NCBI GenBank assembly: GCA_963748325.1
Contig: CAVVIJ010000004.1
Coordinates: 1,983,122-2,047,121 of the forward strand
Length of the DNA: 64,000 bases
Source of the DNA: an uncultured delta proteobacterium
GTDB taxonomy: Bacteria; Desulfobacterota; Desulfuromonadia; Geobacterales; Geobacteraceae
Direction of reading: 5' to 3'
In this document: piece after piece, positions 20,126 to 28,507 of the stretch
How positions within the stretch are numbered: position 1 is the stretch's first letter
Layout of the letters: the number at the start of each line of letters is the position of its first letter
The notes under the pieces: model-generated
Told to the model about the DNA's origin: nothing
What the model saw: only the letters and a program-made list of their open reading frames with translations
Database searches by the model: none
Translations under genes and position numbers: made by a program

Positions 20126-20950
20126 ATGCCAATGAATGTCGAGAAACTGTCAAAATTGCCCCCTATCGAAGTCGGTTACCGGATCGATCCGGAACTCCCG
20201 GTGATCCCCCTTGCCATGCAGGTGAGCAGGGCCGGGTGCGCCGCGCCCCACGCACACCCGCGCGGCCAGCTGATTTATGCCAGCAGCGGTGTCATGAAGG
20301 TGGTGTGCAGGCGGGACGTCTGGGTGGTTCCCCCGTCGCAGGCGGTGTGGGTGCCACCGGAGATCGAGCACGAAGTCTATTTCCCCGGCGATGTCTCCCT
20401 GCGCAATCTCTTCATCGATCCCTCCGTCGTGGCAGGCCTCCCCCTGGAGTGCGCGGTCATCAAGGTGACCCCGCTGCTGCGGGAGCTGATCCTGCGAGCC
20501 ATGGAGGTGGGTGAGGCATACACGGCGGGGAGCACGGGACATCGGCTGATGCTGGTGCTGCTCGACGAATTGCGGCGGGCGGAACCGACGGCACTGCATC
20601 TGCCCATGGGGCAAGATCAACGGCTGCAGCGGGTTATGGAGATAATGCTGAAGGATCCCGGGGACAGAAGGGACCTGGAACAGCTGGCGCCCCTTGCCGG
20701 GGCCAGCCCCCGAACCCTGGCACGGCTGTTCGTCCGGGAGACCGGGCTCACCTTCGGCGCCTGGCGGAAACGGCTGGTGTTGCAGGAGGCCATCGAGCGA
20801 CTGGGGACGGGACAGAACATTACCCGCGTAGCCTTTGACCTGGGGTATCAGAGTCTCAGCGCCTTTATCGCCATGTTTCGACAGGCGCTGGGCGCTTCGC
20901 CGGGGCAGTATCTGCGGTTGGAGTCGAAGAGTGCGGGGGAAAATGGGTGA
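20126..20950 (+). CDS. AraC-family transcriptional regulator (cupin N-domain + HTH)
   Basis: MPMNVEKL..HAHPRGQLIYASSG..VPPEIEHEV.. then LARLFVRETGLTFGAWRKRL..AFDLGYQSLSAFIAMFRQALGASPGQY. It is divergent from the methyltransferase. The first 970 nt of listed ORF 19157..20950 are antisense to that gene. Confidence 0.85.
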   Translation: MPMNVEKLSKLPPIEVGYRIDPELPVIPLAMQVSRAGCAAPHAHPRGQLIYASSGVMKVVCRRDVWVVPPSQAVWVPPEIEHEVYFPGDVSLRNLFIDPSVVAGLPLECAVIKVTPLLRELILRAMEVGEAYTAGSTGHRLMLVLLDELRRAEPTALHLPMGQDQRLQRVMEIMLKDPGDRRDLEQLAPLAGASPRTLARLFVRETGLTFGAWRKRLVLQEAIERLGTGQNITRVAFDLGYQSLSAFIAMFRQALGASPGQYLRLESKSAGENG

Positions 20951-21258
20951 AGGGAGGTGCGAGAGCTGTGGGTGCAGGGTTGTATCGAATTAGGTATTCT
21001 GTCCCTGGCATATCGCTGAGATTTTGGACTGCTTTGTCGCACCTCATCTATATACTTCGCTTGGCGCCCCCTCTCCCCTACCCTCTCCCACGCTTACGCA
21101 CAGAAGCGCTTCAGCGCGCAGGCACGAGGGGCGAGGGAGATCCTCGGAAACCTATGAAAACTGGATCGTAATGTGGAGCTATAGTGTACCTGTTCAAAAC
21201 ACAAAAACATGCCAGTTGCGCCACATCGGCCTGACAACCGGACATTTCAGACATTGAG

Positions 21259-21298
21259 TCCCCTCTCCCCTCCGTGGGAGAGGGTTAGGGAGAGGGGG
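21259..21298. repeat. GC-rich CCCTCTCCC/GGGAGAGGG palindrome immediately 5' of the DUF559 gene
   Basis: tcccctctcccctccgtgggagagggttagggagaggggga. A related copy is at 21064-21135. Confidence 0.7.
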
Positions 21299-21306
21299 AA
21301 ACCGGA

Positions 21307-21666
21307 ATGCCAATCAACCTGACTGAAGTTGCCAAGGATCTGCGAAAAAGTATGACCGATGCGGAAAGGGCCTTGTGGCAGCGCCTGAAAGCCAGGCAGC
21401 TCGACGGACTCAAGTTTCGGCGCCAGGAGCAGATCGGCCGGTTTATTGCTGATTTTGTCTGCTACGAACGAGGGATAATCATCGAAGCAGACGGCGGGCA
21501 ACATGCGATTGAAAGGGAAAAAGACAAAGAGCGGACTCAATGGCTGAATTCACAAGGCTTCACGGTCTTGAGATTCTGGAATAACGACATTCTCACCAAC
21601 ATTGAAGGTGTAATGGAGGCAATCAGGTCCGCGTGCGTGGCCGCCCCCTCTCCCACAGAGGGGTGA
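21307..21666 (+). CDS. DUF559 (Vsr-like) endonuclease domain protein
   Basis: LRKSMTDAERALWQRLKARQLDGLKFRRQEQIGRFIADFVCYERGIIIEADGGQH..VLRFWNNDI. Confidence 0.85.
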   Translation: MPINLTEVAKDLRKSMTDAERALWQRLKARQLDGLKFRRQEQIGRFIADFVCYERGIIIEADGGQHAIEREKDKERTQWLNSQGFTVLRFWNNDILTNIEGVMEAIRSACVAAPSPTEG

Positions 21667-21670
21667 GGGA
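21644..21670. repeat. GC-rich CCCCTCT..AGAGGGG hairpin overlapping the 3' end of the DUF559 gene
   Basis: ccccctctcccacagaggggtgaggga, from the same motif family as 21259-21298. Confidence 0.65.
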
Positions 21671-21926
21671 GATAAAAACGAGCGTTCTGAAATCGAAATT
21701 GAAAGGTGGTCCCGGCAGGAAGGAGAGGTGAAAAAATGCGAGGTGTTTCAGGAGTAGTTTGAGGAAGATTTGGGGTTCAGGAGACGGAAAGAGAATCCTG
21801 CTGAAGAAAGAAAATGAGTAAGGTGCCCCAGAATTTCCATTTTATGACCTCGAAATATACAAAAGCCAAAGCCCCAGTGACTTACGAAATCCCGGGTGTT
21901 GTTGATGTAATGGGAACTTGCGGATT

Positions 21927-22847
21927 CTAACCGGGATCCGGGTGAAGATCATCTTTTGCCATGGCAATCCTGATTGCTTCGTCAAATGGGGTAAGGGGAA
22001 AGGGAAGCAGTTCCCTGATTCGATTGTCTCTACATATTACCTCATTTCGCAAGCCTTCGATGAGTGGTATGGCTACGGAAGGCTTGGCCGGGGTAACGAG
22101 CCCCACCCAGTATGAGGACAGTTTAGGCGTAAGAAATGGAACCGGCACAATAAATATTTTCCTGTTTATGATCCTCGCGAAACGCTGCATCATTTCGCGG
22201 TAGGTGAGTATCTCCGGTCCCCCTATGTCAAAGGTATCACCTGCGGTCCGTTCCTCCTTGAGGCATCCGATGAGATACCTGATTACATCAAGGACGGCAA
22301 TCGGCTGGCAATTTGTCGAAACCCATTTAGGGGTGATCATGACAGGCAGCCGTTCCACGAGTGCTTTGATGATCTCATAGGAAGCGCCGCCCGAACCGAT
22401 TATGATGGCGGCGCGGAGTACGGTGGTCATGAAATTGCCGCTTTTCAGGATTTCGGCGACTTCCAGGCGGCTGGCAAGATGCTTTGAAAGCCCACTCCCG
22501 GTTTCTCCGAGGCCGCCCAGGTAAATGGCCCTGCGCAGACCGGCCCTGTTTGCCGCCGCCACGAAGTTTTCCACCGCCTGCCGGTCCCGCCGTTCAAACC
22601 CGGTACGGCTTGCCGACAAGGAATGAACAAGGTAGAAGGCAGTGTCGATACCGTCCAAAACCGGATCCAAGGATGAGCGGTCCAACAAATCGCCGGGAAT
22701 TGTTTCCACTTCCTTTGGGAACTGTGTTCCGGGACTGCGGACAACCGCACGCACCCGGAAACCTTCCGCAAGAAGGGCACTCACAAGTCTTTTCCCGATG
22801 AAGCCGGTAGCTCCGGCTACCAGCACCGTCCTCTGGCCTGTTTCCAT
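21927..22847 (-). CDS. NAD(P)-binding atypical SDR / NmrA-like protein
   Basis: TVLVAGATGFIGKRLVSALLAEGFRVRAVVR Rossmann motif; 306 aa. Confidence 0.8.
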   Translation of the reverse strand: METGQRTVLVAGATGFIGKRLVSALLAEGFRVRAVVRSPGTQFPKEVETIPGDLLDRSSLDPVLDGIDTAFYLVHSLSASRTGFERRDRQAVENFVAAANRAGLRRAIYLGGLGETGSGLSKHLASRLEVAEILKSGNFMTTVLRAAIIIGSGGASYEIIKALVERLPVMITPKWVSTNCQPIAVLDVIRYLIGCLKEERTAGDTFDIGGPEILTYREMMQRFARIINRKIFIVPVPFLTPKLSSYWVGLVTPAKPSVAIPLIEGLRNEVICRDNRIRELLPFPLTPFDEAIRIAMAKDDLHPDPG

Positions 22848-23006
22848 CTTCTCTCCCCAGTCTTGCTACATGTTTTATTAATTGTACACTATACGGGAAA
22901 AAAACAAGGGGTTGTATTGCCCTGTTGTTTCAAGCGAATCCGCCGCTTATTTCATTCGTCAGGGCAAAGGGAGCTCCGCTATGGTATGCTTGGTGCGGAG
23001 GGTCGA

Positions 23007-23561
23007 ATGGCCGGGGAAATACCGATTTTGCAAAATAAGATTGCCATCAGGGAAGTCATTCGGGAAGACCATTCGGTCTTCTCCAGGCAGTCGATAGTAC
23101 TTCCTCATGATAACAAGTCATTGCTGACCCCCGCATATCTCGTGGAGAGTTATCTGGCGTTTTTGCGGAAATGCACCTTTGCCATCGTTCAACCGGCGCA
23201 AGCTGGCGGGAAAACAGCATTAGCCTTATTCGGCTCTTCATTGCGGCTGCTGATATTTTCAGGTCCGGAATTCAGTGAAAATGGCCGAACTCAATCCGCG
23301 ACACTTCGTATCGAAGGTGGCTTGCTGGTGCAGAGGAATGGGTGCGGCAAGGGAATGCTTTCCTTTATAATCGAGATTGCGGAGGAAGGGTTGCTGGTGG
23401 CTGTTGAGGTCTGCGATTACTGTCCTCTCCTTCTGGGTGGACGCAAATCGTCTAAAATGCGAAAGTGGTTCTACCGGTGTACCCAGGCCTTCGTCCACAG
23501 GTTGATAACAGTCAGGTTCCTGGCCCATCTATATAAACAACTGGAAGGTTTAACTATTTGA
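23007..23561 (+). CDS. hypothetical protein (start uncertain: 22863/22986/23007)
   Basis: ORF 22863..23561. GGAGG lies 5 nt before the ATG at 23007. I recognise no family. Confidence 0.45.
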   Translation: MAGEIPILQNKIAIREVIREDHSVFSRQSIVLPHDNKSLLTPAYLVESYLAFLRKCTFAIVQPAQAGGKTALALFGSSLRLLIFSGPEFSENGRTQSATLRIEGGLLVQRNGCGKGMLSFIIEIAEEGLLVAVEVCDYCPLLLGGRKSSKMRKWFYRCTQAFVHRLITVRFLAHLYKQLEGLTI

Positions 23562-23610
23562 ATCTTTAAGGCATTTTTTGAAATTCCGGGGACGTTCTTG
23601 CTTTAGTGCA

Positions 23611-23985
23611 TTAGGAGCTGTCCCACCATACCTGAAGATCCACCCTGGACTGAAAAAGCTCTTCATCTCGTGTAATTGCTCGGCTTACCGATGGTCCGCA
23701 GATACTAAGCCCCCTGCCGACCTCTACCCCTGGATAGTGCAGATTGGCCACGGCCAGAAAACAATAAACGGCACGCGCGGCTGAAATACTATTTTGACGG
23801 CCGCGCCGGCCAAGTCCCCCTGTGCTCACTTCAAAGTATTCTTCAACAGATTGCTGCAGTTCATCCAGGGATTTTCGATCCTGTAAACTTCCCTTGAAAT
23901 CATCTTGTTCACAAATAGTCTGAAAAAAATCGCAACTGCCGAGTATTCGGTTGTCGGGGACGACTGCACCTGTTTCGCTATCTTG
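23611..23985 (-). pseudogene. C-terminal remnant of a transposase-like protein with a DnaA_C-type HTH (RAYT-like family)
   Basis: Minus-strand frame: ..DNRILGSCDFFQTICEQ..LDELQQSVEEYFEVSTGGLGRRGRQNSISAARAVYCFLAVANLHYPGVEVGRGLSICGPSVSRAITRDEE. It matches my recollection of the C-terminal half of Y1-transposase/DnaA_C fusion proteins. The catalytic N-terminal half is absent. Confidence 0.55.
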
Positions 23986-23999
23986 TCGCTTTCAGACTT

Positions 24000-24022
24000 C
24001 AGGTCTTGAAATATAAGCTTTT
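24000..24022 (+). repeat. 23-nt core repeat R1, copy 1
   Basis: CAGGTCTTGAAATATAAGCTTTT. Confidence 0.85.
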
Positions 24023-24136
24023 TTGGGGACGGGGTTGGGGGACGTTGCTGTCCATTTTGAGGGCAAAACAGAAAAAGGCCCCTGACTGTATAAGCCTGGG
24101 GTTTCTAAGATTGCTTTACCTTGTGGAAACTAGGGT

Positions 24137-24440
24137 CACTCCCCGTATTTCTATCAAAAAGGCGGCCAGTCGGCCGCCTTTACTGTCTCAATCTATCTCA
24201 CCACCGAATACCACGTCCCCTTACCGGTACCACACTGCTCCAGGTCCCCCTGCTGAACCGGTAGGCGTGACGGTATTACGATTGGCGGCCAGAAGAGTTA
24301 CGGCAGGCAATACTGATCCTGCCACGTTCACTGGCAAAGGCCAGCATCTTTCCCTCCACGATCCTCTCCAATTAACTGTTCGGAACATGAGTAGCCGCTC
24401 CGCACCGCACCGCCCCGGCAATCATATAACAGGCCCTATT
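24137..24440 (-). pseudogene. module copy A: frameshifted 3' remnant of a winged-helix regulator-like gene plus its terminator hairpin
   Basis: Minus strand: ..KMLAFASERGRISI / LLAANRNTV / RLPVQQGDLEQCGTGKGTWYSVVR* (three frames). This is followed by AAAGGCGGCCGACTGGCCGCCTTT and then ..gaaatacggggagtg. Confidence 0.55.
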
Positions 24441-24723
24441 CCCGCCGCTCACGCACGAACGCTACCTTCAGCCCAAACTGCCGAGCGATCTTTCCCAGTG
24501 TCTCAAGGGTTGGATTCCCCCGGTCGTTCTCGATTTCCATAAGCACCCGCGGGTAAATTTTCAGTATCTTCTCGGCGTAATCCACCTGCGTTAACCCTAC
24601 GATCTTCCGCATCCGCCGCGTTGCCTGGCCGAGAGTCAAGCGTCCAGCCTCAAGGTCGGCATACAACGCCTCTTTTTCCTTCCGGGTCTCTTCTGGTGTC
24701 CTTTTTGTTTTTAATTTACGCAA
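24436..24723 (-). CDS. XRE-family HTH protein (putative HipB-like antitoxin) downstream of hipA
   Basis: LTLGQATRRMRKIVGLTQVDYAEKI..LMEIENDRGNPTLETLGKIARQFGLKV. The likely start is TTG at 24723 (AAGGAG 9 nt upstream), 1 nt after the hipA stop. The listed start at 24765 is also TTG. Confidence 0.75.
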   Translation of the reverse strand: MRKLKTKRTPEETRKEKEALYADLEAGRLTLGQATRRMRKIVGLTQVDYAEKILKIYPRVLMEIENDRGNPTLETLGKIARQFGLKVAFVRERRE

Positions 24724-24724
24724 T

Positions 24725-25996
24725 CTACCTGGCTCCTTGCACCGCCTCCCGCAGGTCGGCGGCAATTTCGCCGCACCGACGGGCGACCAGTTGAATTACT
24801 TTATCTTCCACCCCGCATTCCTGCATGGTTTCAGGAAGGTTCTCGACCTTCACTCGATGTTCCGCCAGAAAGGCGACAGCCTCCTCCTGGTCGATGTATC
24901 GATGGAGGGATTTAACGATTTCGCCCCAAGCCGGCCTGCCAATAGCTGGCTCAAGAGCTTCTGACCAGCGACTGGCGCGGGCAATACCCTCGGGATCAAG
25001 GAACATGGGCGCGAAGTCGTACAGCGGAGAAAGCATCACCCCGCCGTCCGCATACTTGACGAAGGCGCTGTTTCGACCATGGTTATCGGTATTGCGCAGG
25101 GCGACGTTCAGGATTTCCCGCCGAAGGTATTCCAATAGATCGCTTTTTGCGTCAGAGGAATAGGCGGTGATGGCAGCACAGAAGTCGGCGTGATCGCCGC
25201 GCCGGCCGTATACCGCTATCCCCGCAGCCGAGGAGAGTGTTTCCAATCCGTGACGGACGAGTTTTCCACCTTGGGCTTCCCTGTCAAAGCGCGGAATGAA
25301 CAGGGCATCATCAATAAACTCAAGGGGCTTGCCGGTGCGTATGCCGAAAGAGCGCGCAACTTCATAATAAGGGGCTTCATTCCGCAGGACCATCCGGTCC
25401 GCGTCGGTCTTGCCACGGGGGAACTTAACGAGCCAACTATCCAGGATGTCACGGTCTTCCAGTGCACCGTCCGGATGCCAGCGCCGCTTATGGTCACGGG
25501 CCAGGAGAAATTTAGGCGCATCACCAGCCACGTCAGTGGCTCCAGCAACCACTGCGCCACGAGCTTCGGCATATTCAATAAAGTCGACGTTTTTTTCAAC
25601 AACTTCCTCTTTGGTGAAACCGGGGTGCGACCCGGCAGGAGGTATGGCCGCCTCAGCCACGCGTAAGTTGCCCGGCGGGTTTCCTGCACCATTTAAAAGG
25701 AGCTGCCAGTCTGCGCCTTCACCGTCGGTTAGCCCAAGTCTGCGTGTCCAGACACGTCTGCCGGCGCCGGTAGGGAGGATATCGAGAAGAAAAGCCGGCC
25801 ACCTACTCTCTTGGTATAGTTCAAAGTTCACCGGATAGCGTAAACCCATCCGGCACCCGGGACTGTTCTCCACATTATCAAATACAAAATCCTGATCGTA
25901 CTCCAGATACCCCCCCGCGGCAATCCCTCCGCGACTATCGAATGTTCCCGCGACGATCCATTTACCATCAATATATATCTGAAGGGTAGCTATCAT
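24725..25996 (-). CDS. hipA: HipA-family serine/threonine kinase toxin
   Basis: MIATLQIYIDGKW..LPTGAGRR..VAGDAPKFLL..LRNTDNHGRNSAF..LSPLYDFAPM (HipA N-terminal coupling domain and catalytic DNHxxN/DF motifs). The ATG at 25996 lies inside the first palindrome. Confidence 0.85.
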   Translation of the reverse strand: MIATLQIYIDGKWIVAGTFDSRGGIAAGGYLEYDQDFVFDNVENSPGCRMGLRYPVNFELYQESRWPAFLLDILPTGAGRRVWTRRLGLTDGEGADWQLLLNGAGNPPGNLRVAEAAIPPAGSHPGFTKEEVVEKNVDFIEYAEARGAVVAGATDVAGDAPKFLLARDHKRRWHPDGALEDRDILDSWLVKFPRGKTDADRMVLRNEAPYYEVARSFGIRTGKPLEFIDDALFIPRFDREAQGGKLVRHGLETLSSAAGIAVYGRRGDHADFCAAITAYSSDAKSDLLEYLRREILNVALRNTDNHGRNSAFVKYADGGVMLSPLYDFAPMFLDPEGIARASRWSEALEPAIGRPAWGEIVKSLHRYIDQEEAVAFLAEHRVKVENLPETMQECGVEDKVIQLVARRCGEIAADLREAVQGAR

Positions 25997-26152
25997 GCTA
26001 TTACGATAGCATTTAATACCGTAATATGCAATTATGAATGCTATTGAGATAGCATATCGCATGGGTAAATCACAAAGAATAGTAATTAAACACGCTACTA
26101 TAATAGCATCTTATGTAACAAATAATGAGTTTACATGCTATTAAAATAGCTA
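25995..26152. promoter_or_regulatory. four ATGCTAT-N4-ATAGCAT palindromes (candidate operators) upstream of hipA
   Basis: 25995-26012 ATGCTATTACGATAGCAT; 26038-26055 ATGCTATTGAGATAGCAT; 26092-26109 ACGCTACTATAATAGCAT; 26135-26152 ATGCTATTAAAATAGCTA. Confidence 0.65.
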
Positions 26153-26201
26153 TTTAAATAAACCTCGGCAGGAAATTTCGGGGCCATCATCCTTAATTCT
26201 A

Positions 26202-26220
26202 ACGGCGGCCAATCGGCCGT
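26202..26220. repeat. partial copy of the GGCCAATCGGCC module hairpin
   Basis: acggcGGCCaatcGGCCgt, 50 bp before R1 copy 2. Confidence 0.5.
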
Positions 26221-26269
26221 CAGGAAAGTTACTGCATCGAAAACATGGGGAAAACACGATAATGGGGGT

Positions 26270-26561
26270 CAGGTCTTGTAATATAAGCTTTTTGAGGACG
26301 GCGATGGGAGACGTTGTTGTCTATTTTGAGGGCAAAACAGAAAAAGGCCCCTGACCGTATAAGCCAGGGACCTTTTTCTGTTCAGCATCGGCAGCAGTTT
26401 CATGCCGCCAATCCATATTCGGTTACAGCATTATTTACTCCGCAGTCGTAGGATCAATCATGCGCTTGACCTCGGCCACGCTGTTTGCCGGGAAGCCGCC
26501 CTTACGGGCATGCTCAAGCACCATCTCCTCGTTGGGAGCAATATTAAATACAATAAATTTT
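26270..26561. repeat. ~290-bp duplicated block (R1 copy 2 + long terminator hairpin + DUF4242 3' end), paralogous to 29528..29806
   Basis: It starts with CAGGTCTTGTAATATAAGCTTTT. It contains CAGAAAAAGGCCCCTG-loop-CAGGGACCTTTTTCTG. From 26346 onward it is nearly identical to 29590-29806, and identity ends at aataaattttg. Confidence 0.85.
26435..26561 (-). pseudogene. DUF4242 3' remnant (last ~40 codons, 1-nt insertion)
   Basis: Minus strand: ..APNEEMVLEHARKGGFPANSVAEVKRMIDPTTAE*, identical to the C-terminus of 29680..29952. The upstream part has been replaced. Confidence 0.8.
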
Positions 26562-26878
26562 GCGAAAAGGGGTCATGCGAAAAGGGGTCAGATTTATTTT
26601 CTATCTTTCGCAACCTTTCAATACCAAAAATATATCTGTCCCCTTTTCTTTGTCCTTTTCTTTCCTTTTGCTTCCGATCACGACTTCATACCTGATATAT
26701 TTTTAATGGTAATGAATCGAATGTTTTGTTATTAATGTTCTACGCCTCGACAGCCTTTCTGTTGTTTGCAGGAATCTAGCACCGATCAATTTATTGTCAG
26801 GTGACGTGATGTCGAAATAACTACATAGTTGATTAATCACATGGGTAATTGTTACTGTTTTTCCGTCAGGAGATAAAA

Positions 26879-27937
26879 ATGGGTAACCTCTGCAAAGTAC
26901 TTATGTTCACTCTGCTCTTCTCACTTCCATCATTGGCTGGTTGTACGCAACATGAAAAGATTAACGAGCAGGCGCTCTATGATGAGGCTCAGGCGGCTAT
27001 TGATAGCTATCCTGGGGACCAGTCAGGTTTGGACAAAGCGGAAAAATTGTTGAAAAAAATCTACAAAGCCAATCATCAAAGCGCACTTGCCCAAACCGGA
27101 CTAGGTCGACTCGCATATAAGGAAGGTTACATAAACTATAAAAACTTCAGTCAAAAAAGTCTGAAGGAAGCCCATTCTCGTTTCGCGAAAGCGATAAGCA
27201 TCAATCCGAATTTTTTTGATGCCTATTACTATGGTGCGTATCCGTATGTATATGAAAATAATTTTGTCCAAGCTAAAGCAATGGCCAGTAAATGCCAGGA
27301 AATAGATCCGGATTCTCCAAAAGTTGACATCCTTTTTGCGGAAATTGCCAAAAGTGAGAGTGCTTATGACGAGGTGGAGCGCAGAGCAAAACGTGTTATT
27401 GATAGCACCTCTGACAAAAAACTGCTTATTGATGCCTACTCGCTTTTGTCATGGGTATACCAGGTGCGCAATCAAAACGATCTAGCTGACGGTGCCTATC
27501 AAAAAATCATCGAACAGGACCCTGCTTCCCCTTGGGCAAAGATAAACTACAGCAAGTTTCTGACCTCCCACGGGAGGTATGATGATGCGATTAATCAAGG
27601 AAAGCAGGCACTTGAAATCATGGACTTCGGTATGGGGCATTACGTCCTTGGCCAAGCGCTATGCAGAAAAGGGGTAGATCTCTACTGGAAAGAAAAACGG
27701 CCGGAAGAATCTAAGATTTACTTTGAAGATTCGATCCGGCAGGATCCAGAAAATGCCGACGCCTATTACGGGCTTGGAATGTCGCTTTATAATATCGGAT
27801 GGCGAAATAAAAATGTGGATGAGGTTAAGAAAGCTGAAACAGCATTGAATAAAGCTATTGAGTTGAATCCTGATCACCAGGGAGCAAAAGTTGCTTTGGA
27901 AAGGCTTGAAATGCTGCTCAGAGCCGTTGATAAATAA
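26879..27937 (+). CDS. TPR-repeat lipoprotein
   Basis: MGNLCKVLMFTLLFSLPSLAGC lipobox after AGGAG. TPR-like repeats (..AYYGLGMSLYNIGW..A..ALNKAIELNPD). AT-rich. Confidence 0.8.
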   Translation: MGNLCKVLMFTLLFSLPSLAGCTQHEKINEQALYDEAQAAIDSYPGDQSGLDKAEKLLKKIYKANHQSALAQTGLGRLAYKEGYINYKNFSQKSLKEAHSRFAKAISINPNFFDAYYYGAYPYVYENNFVQAKAMASKCQEIDPDSPKVDILFAEIAKSESAYDEVERRAKRVIDSTSDKKLLIDAYSLLSWVYQVRNQNDLADGAYQKIIEQDPASPWAKINYSKFLTSHGRYDDAINQGKQALEIMDFGMGHYVLGQALCRKGVDLYWKEKRPEESKIYFEDSIRQDPENADAYYGLGMSLYNIGWRNKNVDEVKKAETALNKAIELNPDHQGAKVALERLEMLLRAVDK

Positions 27938-28004
27938 AAGATCAGGGTTGAGGGACGTTCTTATCTATTTATCTTTTGACCTGTCTTCGCAGAGGGCAGA
28001 GGGT

Positions 28005-28027
28005 CAAGTTTTGAAATATATGCTTTT
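28005..28027 (+). repeat. R1 copy 3 (degenerate)
   Basis: CAAGTTTTGAAATATATGCTTTT. Confidence 0.7.
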
Positions 28028-28041
28028 AAGATAACTAGAGA

Positions 28042-28087
28042 CACTCCCGGTATTTCAATCAAAAGGTGGCCAATCGGCTGCCTTTTT
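28042..28087. repeat. module copy without a coding remnant (leader + hairpin)
   Basis: cactcccggtatttcaatcaaaaGGTGGCCAATCGGCTGCCttttt. Confidence 0.7.
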
Positions 28088-28111
28088 CTGATTTTAGTAG
28101 AGTCTAGGACT

Positions 28112-28134
28112 CAGGTCTTGAAATACAAGTTTTT
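28112..28134 (+). repeat. R1 copy 4
   Basis: CAGGTCTTGAAATACAAGTTTTT. Confidence 0.8.
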
Positions 28135-28148
28135 AGGGTAATTAATGG

Positions 28149-28331
28149 CACTCCCCATATTTTATAAACATATAAACAGCAAAGGTGGCCAATCAGCCGC
28201 CTTTGCTGCCTCAATCTATCTCCCCACCGAATACCACGTTCCCTTGCCGGTTCCATGCTGCTCCAGATAACCCTGCTGAACAAGTTGGCGCAGGTGCAGC
28301 TTGACGGTATTGGAAAGTAAAGGGGGGTCAC
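28149..28331 (-). pseudogene. module copy: 3' remnant of a winged-helix regulator-like gene + terminator hairpin
   Basis: Minus strand: LSNTVKLHLRQLVQQGYLEQHGTGKGTWYSVGR* followed by AAAGGCGGCTGATTGGCCACCTTT. Listed ORF 28104..28331 is a different frame of the same scar. Confidence 0.6.
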
Positions 28332-28507
28332 CCATTGCCCTTATTAGTCTCTTAGACTTTTAAAACAATTAATGATTAACGACTGTTTATTAATTTATAT
28401 TATTGACCGCACAAGTTCGACGTGATATGAGTATTGCCCAAGAAAATTTTGTCTTGCGATCCACTTCGCATTATCTTCCATTTGCCATTATCAAGGGAGC
28501 GATTTTT

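Noticed and set aside
20947-21257. Listed ORFs 20947..21171 and 21024..21257.
   Set aside because: Their translations (..PSPLPSPTLTH.., ..RGEGDPRK..) come from the GC-rich palindromic repeats flanking the DUF559 gene.
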